From: an uncultured Legionellaceae bacterium
GTDB lineage: Bacteria > Pseudomonadota > Gammaproteobacteria > UBA6186 > Azoamicaceae
Assembly (NCBI GenBank): GCA_964409995.1
Contig: CAYPGU010000002.1
Span: forward strand, 1 to 28,003
DNA: 28,003 nt
Direction: 5' to 3'
In this document: in pieces, positions 8,120-17,484 of the stretch
Layout of the letters: each line of letters begins with the position of its first letter
Numbering within the stretch: the first letter of the stretch is position 1
The notes under the pieces: model-generated
Seen by the model: the letters and a program-made list of their open reading frames with translations, nothing else
Told to the model about the DNA's origin: nothing
Database searches by the model: none
Position numbers and translations under genes: made by a program

Positions 8120-9562
8120 TTAAACCATGAGGGGTCTGGGAGGTATGCTAGGGGCCTCTCCACATTTTGCACTATACAATCTTTGCAAAATACCAGGCAA
8201 TGTTCTTCGTTCAAAATCGTACTCTCGCATGATATATGGTGCTAAATGATCTTTAAAAAACTCTAGTGCTGCTTTAGTCAAGAATTTACCACTTTCCTCA
8301 TGATGTGTACTTATATTCGATTTGTGCGATGATTCTAAAAAGTAACCGTATAAAAATGGAACATTTTTTTTGATTGTGTCGACTAATGGATCGTTAATAT
8401 AAGGCTTCGATAAATGGCATAGCACTTCATAGCAATCACTAAATCCAGCATGCTCAGGAAATGTACCATCTTGTTTACACTTAATCATAATTTCGGTCAT
8501 GTCACGAAAAATACTACATTTGAAACCTTCAGACCTATTAAATCGGTCATTATCTAAATGTGCGTAGAATGGTAATTTTCTCGCCTTAATACTAGCCGTT
8601 AAACTAGTATCTCCTGAAGGAACTACAACACTTTGGCTATACTTGTTTAATAACATAACACTAAGGGCATGATATTCTTTGGTTGGTAGCCAGTCTAAAT
8701 CTGCGAGTCTAATTTGCGATCTTTCAATTGCTTGCTTAATGCTGTCTGGTAATTGTTCTGGCATTTCAAGTTGCGTAATAACAAAAACTGGCTGCTTGCC
8801 CTGTGCAATTGCATCTTGAATAAATGGGGATACCAACAATGCATGTAGCACATAAATTTCTGACTCTTTTTGCAAGTAAGCAAATACAGTAGGCGTACTA
8901 GCAAGAAATTTCATAGCGTCTTCAGCCGTTATATTCTTATTGTTAAATATTAGGTTTTTAGTTTTTCTTGAAATAAACTGAAATTGATCGCTAAAATCTT
9001 CATCGCCAGTAATACCATCAATGTCAGTAAGTAGCCCTGAATTATTTTCTGACAATCCAAGACTCTTAATTCCTAACTGGGGAAATTGAGCAGCAGCCCG
9101 TGACAACCCATCGAACTCCAGAATGAATTCATAATTATCTGCTTTATCTAAGTTTGAATTTCTGAGCAAAAAATCACTTATACAAGAAATATAAACTACA
9201 TTTACAGTGTCATTATCATCAATATCTTTAAAATAATCTTGCAAAATTTTGATCGAAAGAGCGCCTCTTTTTCTCGCTTGTGCAACAACGCAAGAGTTGG
9301 CGTCAAATATATTTTCTTTAACATATTTATTTTTATCATCCCAAGATACATCTATAAATTTAAAGATCGGGTGATTTGGCGCACGCTCCTTGAACATTAA
9401 CAAATACACTAGTACTTTGGGAGTGTCTTGCGCAAAAATTAGAATTCGGTCTTCTTGGCCGCTTTTATATTTTCTAAACAGTTTATACCAATTAAGAAAA
9501 TATATTAAATCACCAAAGCCCTCAGCTACTGTTACAGTATGAATATTTATAGTTCTTGGCAA
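8120..9562 (-). CDS. Hypothetical protein with GT-B/EarP-like motifs
   Basis: N-terminal EGFGD and C-lobe WLPTKEYHAL...VVVPSGDTSLTASIKARKLPFY. The family is inferred from motif resemblance only. Confidence 0.55.
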   Translation of the reverse strand: MPRTINIHTVTVAEGFGDLIYFLNWYKLFRKYKSGQEDRILIFAQDTPKVLVYLLMFKERAPNHPIFKFIDVSWDDKNKYVKENIFDANSCVVAQARKRGALSIKILQDYFKDIDDNDTVNVVYISCISDFLLRNSNLDKADNYEFILEFDGLSRAAAQFPQLGIKSLGLSENNSGLLTDIDGITGDEDFSDQFQFISRKTKNLIFNNKNITAEDAMKFLASTPTVFAYLQKESEIYVLHALLVSPFIQDAIAQGKQPVFVITQLEMPEQLPDSIKQAIERSQIRLADLDWLPTKEYHALSVMLLNKYSQSVVVPSGDTSLTASIKARKLPFYAHLDNDRFNRSEGFKCSIFRDMTEIMIKCKQDGTFPEHAGFSDCYEVLCHLSKPYINDPLVDTIKKNVPFLYGYFLESSHKSNISTHHEESGKFLTKAALEFFKDHLAPYIMREYDFERRTLPGILQRLYSAKCGEAPSIPPRPLMV

Positions 9563-9734
9563 AACCTAACTCCGTCTTTTTAAATTTAATGCTATTAGTG
9601 CTGCATGCAATGTGTAATAGAGGGATTGTAATGCTATTTTTATTGGAACATCAAGAAATATTAATTATGCAATTTGACTAAATTCTGACGCTGGTTCTGC
9701 CAAATATTACTCTTTTTCAGTAAATTTGGCTTTT

Positions 9735-11279
9735 TCAAAGCTTATTTTCGCGTATATCCTTTAAAGTTTGCGCTGCTTTTAGGCGTGTTTCATTTTGCTT
9801 CTTTGCGCCAAATTTATCCCATGTTGAGTAAACAAAAGGTAGACGTTGATTCTTCTCGAGCTTAGATCGATTTCGATCCATAAAATCCCAGTACAACGCA
9901 TTAAATGGGCAAGCATCATCAGTGGTTGTTTGATTTGGGTTAAATTTGCATGAGCTGCAAAAATTACTCATTTTATTAATGTATTTTCCACTTGCAGCAT
10001 ATGGCTTGCTGCCAACAATTCCACCGTCGCCAAATAGTGCCATACCCAAAGTATTTGGCATTTCTACCCACTCGAATGCATCGCTGTAAACAGCAAGATA
10101 CCATTCTTGCACTTGCTTGACGTTAATACCTGCTAACATAGCAAAATTACCTGTAACCATTAAACGTTGAATATGATGTGAGTAGGCATGATCACGAGTG
10201 TGATTTATCGCTTCGGCAAGACATACCATCTTCGTATCAGCCGTCCAATAAAATTCTGGTATCTCTTCATTTGCATTGAAATAGTTTAAGTCTGCATATT
10301 CTGGCATGTGCATCCAGTATATGCCACGAATATACTCCCGCCAGCCTAAAATTTGACGAATAAATCCTTCCGCCGAGTTAATCTTTACTTTGCCTTTACG
10401 GTATGAACTTTCTGCCATTTCAATTATTTCTAGAGGTAATAGTAAGCCTACATTTAGGTATGATGAAATCAAAGAATGATATAGATACGCTTCACCCATA
10501 AGCATAGCGTCCTGATAATCACCAAAATGCGGCAGTAGTATATTGATAAAATGTTCCAGCTCAAGCAATGCTTGGTCTCGTGTCACAGCATAATGAAACG
10601 GCTCAAGTTTGCCAAAGTGAGTAGAGAAATACTGTTTAACCAGTTCTATAGTATCTATAGTAATTTGATCTTTGCGATGACTAATACGCTTTGGTGATGT
10701 TAGATTTTTAGATGGAGGTTTGCGATTCTCCTTATCAAAATTCCAGTTGCCGCCACATGGCTCTCCATCTGGCTCCATAAGTATAAAATATTTTTTACGC
10801 ATTTCACGATAAAAATATTCCATACGCAATTGCTTTCGTTTACCTGCCCATTGCTTAAATTCATTAATGCTAGATAAAAATCTTGTATCAGCACGAATTT
10901 CAACTTCAATCCCTAAAGAATTTTGACACTCTTGAAGGATTTTTAATTGCCGATATTCACCGGGTTCGGTAACTACCAAACGCTTAGCACCTGTATCAAC
11001 AACAGCGCGTTCAATTTCGCCATACAGTGTGCCGGTATTATTTGCAGAATCCAAATGTATATAGCGTACCTGATAACCTTTTGCTTCTAAAGATTTTGCA
11101 AAATGACGCATAGCAGAGAAAATGAAAGCAATCTTTTTAGGATGGTGGCGCACATAAGTAGCTTCCTGCATTACTTCACACATTAGGATCGTGTCTCCAT
11201 GCTGGATATCTTGCAAGCTAGACATTGATAGTGAGATCTGATCACACAATAGTAAAAGCAAGGACGTATGGTTTGTCAT
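9735..11279 (-). CDS. Cryptochrome/photolyase family protein, FeS-BCP ((6-4) photolyase/CryB) type
   Basis: HHPKKIAFIFSAMRHFA, LRMEYFYREMR, GGNWNFDKENRK, HHIQRLMVTGNF, KPYAASGKYINKMSNFCSSC...CPF (4Fe-4S Cys pattern). Confidence 0.93.
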   Translation of the reverse strand: MTNHTSLLLLLCDQISLSMSSLQDIQHGDTILMCEVMQEATYVRHHPKKIAFIFSAMRHFAKSLEAKGYQVRYIHLDSANNTGTLYGEIERAVVDTGAKRLVVTEPGEYRQLKILQECQNSLGIEVEIRADTRFLSSINEFKQWAGKRKQLRMEYFYREMRKKYFILMEPDGEPCGGNWNFDKENRKPPSKNLTSPKRISHRKDQITIDTIELVKQYFSTHFGKLEPFHYAVTRDQALLELEHFINILLPHFGDYQDAMLMGEAYLYHSLISSYLNVGLLLPLEIIEMAESSYRKGKVKINSAEGFIRQILGWREYIRGIYWMHMPEYADLNYFNANEEIPEFYWTADTKMVCLAEAINHTRDHAYSHHIQRLMVTGNFAMLAGINVKQVQEWYLAVYSDAFEWVEMPNTLGMALFGDGGIVGSKPYAASGKYINKMSNFCSSCKFNPNQTTTDDACPFNALYWDFMDRNRSKLEKNQRLPFVYSTWDKFGAKKQNETRLKAAQTLKDIRENKL

Positions 11280-11310
11280 AATTGTACCTAAGAGTAAAAT
11301 TTAGATAGTT

Positions 11311-13845
11311 TCAGTCCAATTTGGGCACTGGTTCTGCCAAATAATAGCCTTGCAAATAATCTACGCCGAGTTCTTTAACCGTGTCGTGTATGACTTTATC
11401 TGCGACAAATTCAGCAACAGTGGATATATTAGCTTTTTTACAAAAAGCCACGATCATTTCCACCATGGTTTTATTCTGCTCATCATGATTAATATTTTTA
11501 ATCAATGAACCATCTATTTTAAGATAATCAATTTCCATCATAATAATATGCTTGAAGTTTGAATACCCGGAACCAAAATCATCGATGGCAATCTTACAGC
11601 CGATTTTCTTCATTTCAATTATAAATTGATTTAGCACGCTATAATCACCCAGGCCTTCTGATTCTAAAATTTCCAAAGTCAGCTGATTACCGATTCCGTA
11701 ATGATTAATTCTTTCCTTAAAAAACTCTACGGTGTCTTCATTTTCGATATCAAGCAGTGAAATATTAATCGAAAAATTCTTTTTGTTCTTAGAAAAAACA
11801 CTAAAGCATTTTTCTATCATTATTCTAGTGAGCGCAGGATATAGTCTAGCGTTTTTTGACACTTCCAAAAAGGAATATGGCGCTATAATTTTCCCGTCAG
11901 TGTCAATCATTCTAATCAAACACTCATATTTCTCAATAGTCCCAGTTGAACTAGAATAAATCGCTTGAAAATAAGGAGCAAATCTGTCGTCAATAATAGC
12001 TTGCTTTATTTTTTTAGTCCAAGACAAGTTGTCTTCTAATTGCTTGCGTAATAACATATCATTCTGATATGTTATTTTTTGTATTTTAGTATCTTTTGCT
12101 TGCCGCAAAGCCATATTAGCCTGCCACAGCACACCATAAATCTCTTGTGAAAAATCTTTAGATTCTACACTGCCCATTGATATACCAATTGTATAGTTTA
12201 GAAAAAAGCTAAACCCTTCGACTTCGATTTTATTATTACTTAGCTTTGCTAACATTTCATCTAACGTCTGCATAAAATCGTAGCTATTAGCGGATGAGTT
12301 GGCTGCAATAGCAAATTCATCAACTGGTAACTTATAGAGCATATAATTGGTACAATCAGGCCTTGAGTTCAACAGCTCATTTATGACTTTTGCAACACTG
12401 ATTAAAACCATATCGCCGATTTTATTGCCATAGTAATCATTAATTTGCTTAAACTGATCAATATTAATAATTGCAAGCATAACTGGAATAAACTTAGATC
12501 TATATCCAAAATTTTCCATTAGCATATTCCGATTTGGCAAAGATGTTAGTGGATCGTAATAGATTCGCTCAGTTAATTGCTTGGTTTTTTCAGACACTAA
12601 TAATTCTAATTTTTCATTTGTGTCAGAAAGTTCATTACCAGTAGCTTCAATCAAATTAAATAAGGTATCCAATATTTCGTCATCTTGGCTTCTTTTATTT
12701 GTTATATCTTTAGTAATTGGTACTTTGTTATATGCCACATTCTCTGACAAGAGTAATAATGTCATGGTCTCATTCAGTAATTCATTTTTCGCCTCACCAT
12801 GAAAAAATTCGCCATAAGTAAAGAAACCACTTGTTGCGCCAAGGGTTTGTAATGGTTTTAATTCAATATTAACTTGTTCTCGCATAAAATACTTTCGAGC
12901 CGAGCAAGAATAAATAAATATTGATTCAATTGGCATCGAGCTTATACTTTCAATTATACTTTCTGAATTGCCTAAAATTATTGGAATATGCCCATAGCCA
13001 AATTGAACTTTATCACCAACTTTAAAATTCCCTGCATATAGCATTGATCCATCTGGCATCAGATTTAATGCCGCTCTAGCGATTTGCTTATTAAATCTAT
13101 TTATAATTAGCGGATATTCTCCTGCTGAAACAGGCAGCTCTTTAGCAACCTTATCACCTAAATACTTTGCATAGATGCTACGTAAGGGTTCATTATCTAA
13201 TTCATATAAACGATTTTGATCTGCTTTGGTAACTATCATTTGCTTACCAATTGGTCTCCATCCATATACATGGCTAGTGTTTACTATCAGGTTTTCACCA
13301 TCTAAGGCACATGCCACAACAGCATCTGAACTGATTTTTCGATTGTAGATAACAAATGTTTGTTTCATTCTTCTATAATCACCAGCAAGGCCACCAGCAA
13401 TTATTATATTTTTGTTAACATCATATATACCAGTAAGTAAATCTTCACCATTTACCTTCAAACCATCTGCAAATAGAATAATTGCTTTCGTCTTATCAGT
13501 ATATAATTCTCGGGCTATGGTCGACCCAATTTTATAATGTGCTTGATTAAAATTATATAACTGCGCTCTCAATGTAACATTATCGAAAGTTGTAAAGCTT
13601 AAAACAGTTTGATCTGATACAGCTTTGCCATCTAATATTTCGCCGTCGGTAGTTGCACCAATTATAACGCTATTCGGTAGTTTTGTTGTTAGATGTTCTA
13701 AAATAGAGTTCAAGTTTTTATTCCCTAGATCGGAACTGAAAATTTGAATCAATAAAGTTTTTTCAGCTAGATATCCATTATCTGTTATGAAGCTATCTAG
13801 CAGCTTAATTGAGGAAAAACATATACTTTTAGTTTTCATCATCAA
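11311..13845 (-). CDS. FIST-FIST_C-GGDEF(degenerate)-EAL c-di-GMP phosphodiesterase
   Basis: FIST: GATTDGEI, GGLAGD, SCSARK, GFFTYGEF. GGDEF site reads PVDEF. EAL motifs ECLIR, LEILES, DDFGSGYSN, KIDG, AEFV, QGY are intact. Confidence 0.88.
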   Translation of the reverse strand: MMMKTKSICFSSIKLLDSFITDNGYLAEKTLLIQIFSSDLGNKNLNSILEHLTTKLPNSVIIGATTDGEILDGKAVSDQTVLSFTTFDNVTLRAQLYNFNQAHYKIGSTIARELYTDKTKAIILFADGLKVNGEDLLTGIYDVNKNIIIAGGLAGDYRRMKQTFVIYNRKISSDAVVACALDGENLIVNTSHVYGWRPIGKQMIVTKADQNRLYELDNEPLRSIYAKYLGDKVAKELPVSAGEYPLIINRFNKQIARAALNLMPDGSMLYAGNFKVGDKVQFGYGHIPIILGNSESIIESISSMPIESIFIYSCSARKYFMREQVNIELKPLQTLGATSGFFTYGEFFHGEAKNELLNETMTLLLLSENVAYNKVPITKDITNKRSQDDEILDTLFNLIEATGNELSDTNEKLELLVSEKTKQLTERIYYDPLTSLPNRNMLMENFGYRSKFIPVMLAIINIDQFKQINDYYGNKIGDMVLISVAKVINELLNSRPDCTNYMLYKLPVDEFAIAANSSANSYDFMQTLDEMLAKLSNNKIEVEGFSFFLNYTIGISMGSVESKDFSQEIYGVLWQANMALRQAKDTKIQKITYQNDMLLRKQLEDNLSWTKKIKQAIIDDRFAPYFQAIYSSSTGTIEKYECLIRMIDTDGKIIAPYSFLEVSKNARLYPALTRIMIEKCFSVFSKNKKNFSINISLLDIENEDTVEFFKERINHYGIGNQLTLEILESEGLGDYSVLNQFIIEMKKIGCKIAIDDFGSGYSNFKHIIMMEIDYLKIDGSLIKNINHDEQNKTMVEMIVAFCKKANISTVAEFVADKVIHDTVKELGVDYLQGYYLAEPVPKLD

Positions 13846-14287
13846 TATCCGGCTCTACCAGCTGAGAAAGCATAGTCAACGACTCCTGCCAACCTAAATA
13901 GCACATCTCTAGCGGAATTGCGTCTGGAATGCCTTCTTGGATTATCCTAAGCTCTGTACCACAGCTAACCTCGCGCAAACTAATTGTAACGTGTATTTCG
14001 CCAGGTAAGTTGGGATCATCGAATTTATCGGTATACCTTATCAGTTGTCCTGGGCTAAGCTCCAAATATTCGCCACCAAATGAATGGCTTTTCTCAGTAG
14101 TAAAATTTGTAAAAGACATATGGAAAGTACCGCCAACGCGGACATCCATTTCATGAATCTTAGCTGTAAAACCATGTGGTGGCATCCATTTTACAAGTGC
14201 ATCTGGATCTATAAATGCACGATAGACTTTCTGTGGCGGTGCGTTTAACACCCGATGCAAATTTACAACATTTGTTTTTTTATCCAT
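13829..14287 (-). CDS. SRPBCC (AHSA1/START-like) family protein
   Basis: LHRVLNAPPQKVYRAF, WMPPHGF, DVRVGG, CYLGWQESL. Confidence 0.9.
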   Translation of the reverse strand: MDKKTNVVNLHRVLNAPPQKVYRAFIDPDALVKWMPPHGFTAKIHEMDVRVGGTFHMSFTNFTTEKSHSFGGEYLELSPGQLIRYTDKFDDPNLPGEIHVTISLREVSCGTELRIIQEGIPDAIPLEMCYLGWQESLTMLSQLVEPDIDDEN

Positions 14288-14302
14288 TATATATCCTTAA
14301 GA

Positions 14303-15415
14303 TTAGTTGTTGTTGACAGCTATTAATTGCAAAATTTCCTTATTTGGAATATTCACAAACTTGACATAAGCCCCATGCTGACAAAATTCTTTGGTTAGAT
14401 TTAATTCATTTTTAAAATCCTGACTTAGATCGCTCAGGCGGTGCAAACCGCCTGCATGTAACACTAATGGATCTATACCACGCATTTTAATCGGCAATAC
14501 AATATGCTGCTCATCCACTTCAGTTAATACGAAATACTTATCCATATTACCAATTATAGCAAATAATTCTTTGATAACAGGAGAGTTATCTTGTTGTAAT
14601 TTCTGCAAAACCTGCTCATCTGTGCTGAAATGTATTTCGTCACTCGTGATAATATCATTCTGCAATGCATATTTTAACATAGCCGCAGCCACCGAATGTA
14701 TTGCCATGTTATGTGCAGAGCCCCAAAATGTCTTATTGTAATACGTTGACAATCTAGCAAACTTTTTAGCATTTGTAATATCTGTAAAATACCATTTATT
14801 GTTAGAAAACTTTAAAGACATTAATATTTGCTCTACTTCAAGTGGTGTTAAATCTTGAAATACTAGCGCTGTATGTAAATTATACTCAATTCTATCAGCA
14901 TTCATATCTGGATATGGCTGCTCTAAGGCTAAGAATTTTGGATTTTTTGGTGAAACATCTGCGAGCGTCAAAGCATATCTAGCCAGAATTTGATCTACCG
15001 CAAAATGTTTTAATGATAGTTCATGAATGCTATCTTGATAGGATTGCATTCTATGCGAACCTGATTGAAATATATAATCACCTAAATGTGAGAAGGCCGT
15101 GTGCGATGCATCATGCAACAAACCTGCGATTTGCTCTTCAATCGAAACATTATATTTTTTCAATAATGCATACACGCCTAATGAATGCTCATAACGCGTA
15201 AATTTGGGGAAATTGTCTGTAACATATGCATCAATACCTGACTGATCTATATACTTCAGACGCTGCATTGCATTTGAATCAATTAACTCCAACACTGTTG
15301 GATTTGTTTCTTCTATATTCCCAAAGATGGTACTTACTATCTTTGCATGGCAACCAAAAGAAAAACAAATCAATACTAATAATAAGCTAATCTGTTTATA
15401 CATTGATTTTATCAT
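14303..15415 (-). CDS. HD-domain phosphohydrolase (YwfO/SAMHD1-like dNTPase clan) with apparent signal peptide
   Basis: LKYIDQSG, RYEHSLGV, LLHDASHTAFSH, ADRIEY. Hydrophobic N-terminus ISLLLVLICFSFGCHA. Confidence 0.82.
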   Translation of the reverse strand: MIKSMYKQISLLLVLICFSFGCHAKIVSTIFGNIEETNPTVLELIDSNAMQRLKYIDQSGIDAYVTDNFPKFTRYEHSLGVYALLKKYNVSIEEQIAGLLHDASHTAFSHLGDYIFQSGSHRMQSYQDSIHELSLKHFAVDQILARYALTLADVSPKNPKFLALEQPYPDMNADRIEYNLHTALVFQDLTPLEVEQILMSLKFSNNKWYFTDITNAKKFARLSTYYNKTFWGSAHNMAIHSVAAAMLKYALQNDIITSDEIHFSTDEQVLQKLQQDNSPVIKELFAIIGNMDKYFVLTEVDEQHIVLPIKMRGIDPLVLHAGGLHRLSDLSQDFKNELNLTKEFCQHGAYVKFVNIPNKEILQLIAVNNN

Positions 15416-15439
15416 TTATTCTTCCCTATTTAAGATTAA

Positions 15440-15901
15440 TTAAATGGCCATTTTATTAATCGTTTGCCATTCCTGTTCAGTAATCGGGGTTATTGACAGC
15501 CTATTGCCAGGTCTAAGTATAATCATTTGCGCTAAATCTGCTTTGGCGCGAAGATCTTTGATAGAAATTACGTTTTTAAAGATCTTAACTAGTTTTATAT
15601 CGCGCATGAACCAGCGAGGATTCGTCGATTTGGTTTTAGGATCATAGTATTTAGACGCAGGGTCAAAGGCAGTATAGTCTGGGTAGCTTTCACTAACAAT
15701 TTCTGCGATGCCCACTATACCCGGGACCTTACAATTTGAATGGTAAAAAAATACTTTATCACCGACCTGCATAACATCGCGCATATAATTTCGCGCTTGA
15801 TAGTTTCTAACCCCATCCCAACAGTGGGTTTTATTGGGTGAGTTTTGTAGGTGTCCGATACCGAAAGTTTCGGGTTCTGATTTCATTAGCCAGTAATTCA
15901 T
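15440..15901 (-). CDS. EVE domain protein
   Basis: YWLMKSEP, WDGVRNYQARN, FFYHSNC, DPASKYYDPK, RLSITP. Confidence 0.95.
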   Translation of the reverse strand: MNYWLMKSEPETFGIGHLQNSPNKTHCWDGVRNYQARNYMRDVMQVGDKVFFYHSNCKVPGIVGIAEIVSESYPDYTAFDPASKYYDPKTKSTNPRWFMRDIKLVKIFKNVISIKDLRAKADLAQMIILRPGNRLSITPITEQEWQTINKMAI

Positions 15902-15991
15902 AATTACTCCTTAACTGAGTATATGTTACCGCATGTTAAAGCTTGTTGCATCTCATCCAGCAATCATAGTTATCTGGCTAAAAAGGTATGG

Positions 15992-16825
15992 CTATGAAGA
16001 AAACGTAATCACAATTCCGATTTGTTGAATATCACGATTATAAAATTGCCCTTGTTGTGATTTGCCATTTTTATACTCCAAGAGTAATTGTGCATATCTA
16101 TTGCAAAAATTTGTACGTTCATACTGCAACCCTATTCGAGCTGTTGTAGTTGGATGGTAATTATTTTCTTGCCAGGCTGTTGCGAATATACCTGCGACCA
16201 AGCGAGTAGAGTCATCAAATATAATCCGGTGTGAGTAGTAATCAAGACCACCAGCAATGATCAGACGCTTTGTGGGTGCAGGATCAATATGGACTATATA
16301 TCCTAATATTATATACGGACTAACTCTGGCACTACTTTTATACCGTACAAAGCATTTAATGGTTTCATAACTAAGGTTAACTCGATCTAGTTTTACACCG
16401 GCGGAACTAAGTAAAAATTCATCGCCCACGTGCGAACTTACATGTGATAGTTGAAATAAATATTGAAAATTTTCGCGTTTATGACTGAGACCTAGAGCAA
16501 CTAAATAATCTGCATTTATTAACTTGGTCGGGGTGCTACCAATATCCATTAAACCAAATGCTCCAGCTTGGATCCCGATTTCAAAAGGTCTATTTTTATT
16601 GCCAAACTGAGCTAAACCAATATTCTCGCCAAAATTAAAGGTCCAGAGAGTTTTGCCTAAGTTTCCTTCAAAATCATGCGCTACGCCCATTAGAAATTTT
16701 GGCCAACGTGGATCGGCTATAGGAGGATCAAACAAATTTTTTCCTGGTAGCAGCTCAAAGTCTACTGCATAGGTATTGCACATAATGCTCATGAGCAAAA
16801 TGAATGTGCCGATAAGTAATTTCAT
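15992..16825 (-). CDS. DUF1207-like outer-membrane beta-barrel protein
   Basis: Signal peptide, FDPPIADPRWP, LINADY, HVSSHVGDEF, amphipathic strands. Confidence 0.7.
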   Translation of the reverse strand: MKLLIGTFILLMSIMCNTYAVDFELLPGKNLFDPPIADPRWPKFLMGVAHDFEGNLGKTLWTFNFGENIGLAQFGNKNRPFEIGIQAGAFGLMDIGSTPTKLINADYLVALGLSHKRENFQYLFQLSHVSSHVGDEFLLSSAGVKLDRVNLSYETIKCFVRYKSSARVSPYIILGYIVHIDPAPTKRLIIAGGLDYYSHRIIFDDSTRLVAGIFATAWQENNYHPTTTARIGLQYERTNFCNRYAQLLLEYKNGKSQQGQFYNRDIQQIGIVITFSS

Positions 16826-16859
16826 TAATTATATTCTGAGTTAAGGACTAAGATGAATG

Positions 16860-16890
16860 CCGCCCTAGATAAAAAATTCTTCAGGGGCGG
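16860..16890. terminator. Possible terminator hairpin between the lipoprotein and DUF1207 genes
   Basis: CCGCCC ... GGGCGG stem with a long loop and no clear U-tract. Confidence 0.3.
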
Positions 16891-16904
16891 TAATATGGTG
16901 AAGA

Positions 16905-17303
16905 CTAGCTTTTAAGATCTTCTAGATCTTGTTGTCTTTGTTTTTGTCTTAATTGTTCTTGTTCAGTAACACTACCAACCTTTCTTTGTTGTTCGAGTAT
17001 TCCACTATCTTCATTTTCTATACGGCTTATCTCTTCTTTATGTTGCAATTTTCGTTGCGCAATAGCTTCAGCTTTTTGTTCACGTAACACGTTTAATTTA
17101 CTTTCTTCAGCTATTCTAATTTGATCTAGTCGAAATACTTCGATTGCTGATTCGCGCTGATCAAACGACATAACTTCCCATTTGCTGTTTTCAACACCAT
17201 AAGTTGTATTTGCTCCGGTTTTACAATAAGTGTCTGGGCTACCAGTACAACCGATTAATAACGTTGACATTGCAAATATTACTGACATTTTTCCTAAATT
17301 CAT
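16905..17303 (-). CDS. Hypothetical lipoprotein with coiled-coil C-terminus
   Basis: Lipobox LLIG|C, Gln/Glu/Lys-rich helical tail. Confidence 0.75.
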   Translation of the reverse strand: MNLGKMSVIFAMSTLLIGCTGSPDTYCKTGANTTYGVENSKWEVMSFDQRESAIEVFRLDQIRIAEESKLNVLREQKAEAIAQRKLQHKEEISRIENEDSGILEQQRKVGSVTEQEQLRQKQRQQDLEDLKS

Positions 17304-17484
17304 TGAATTCTTCCTTTCATTAAAAATTTTTATTTATAATCTATGTGTTTGCATCACTCTACTCTGAATTCCAACAAATGCAAGTTAATATAATAAATAG
17401 CAAAGGTAGTCAGTTGAGTCCCGTTCCTTGACTTATATGCAATCGTAGCCGAAAATTCATAATAAACAATTAAGGAATAAACAA

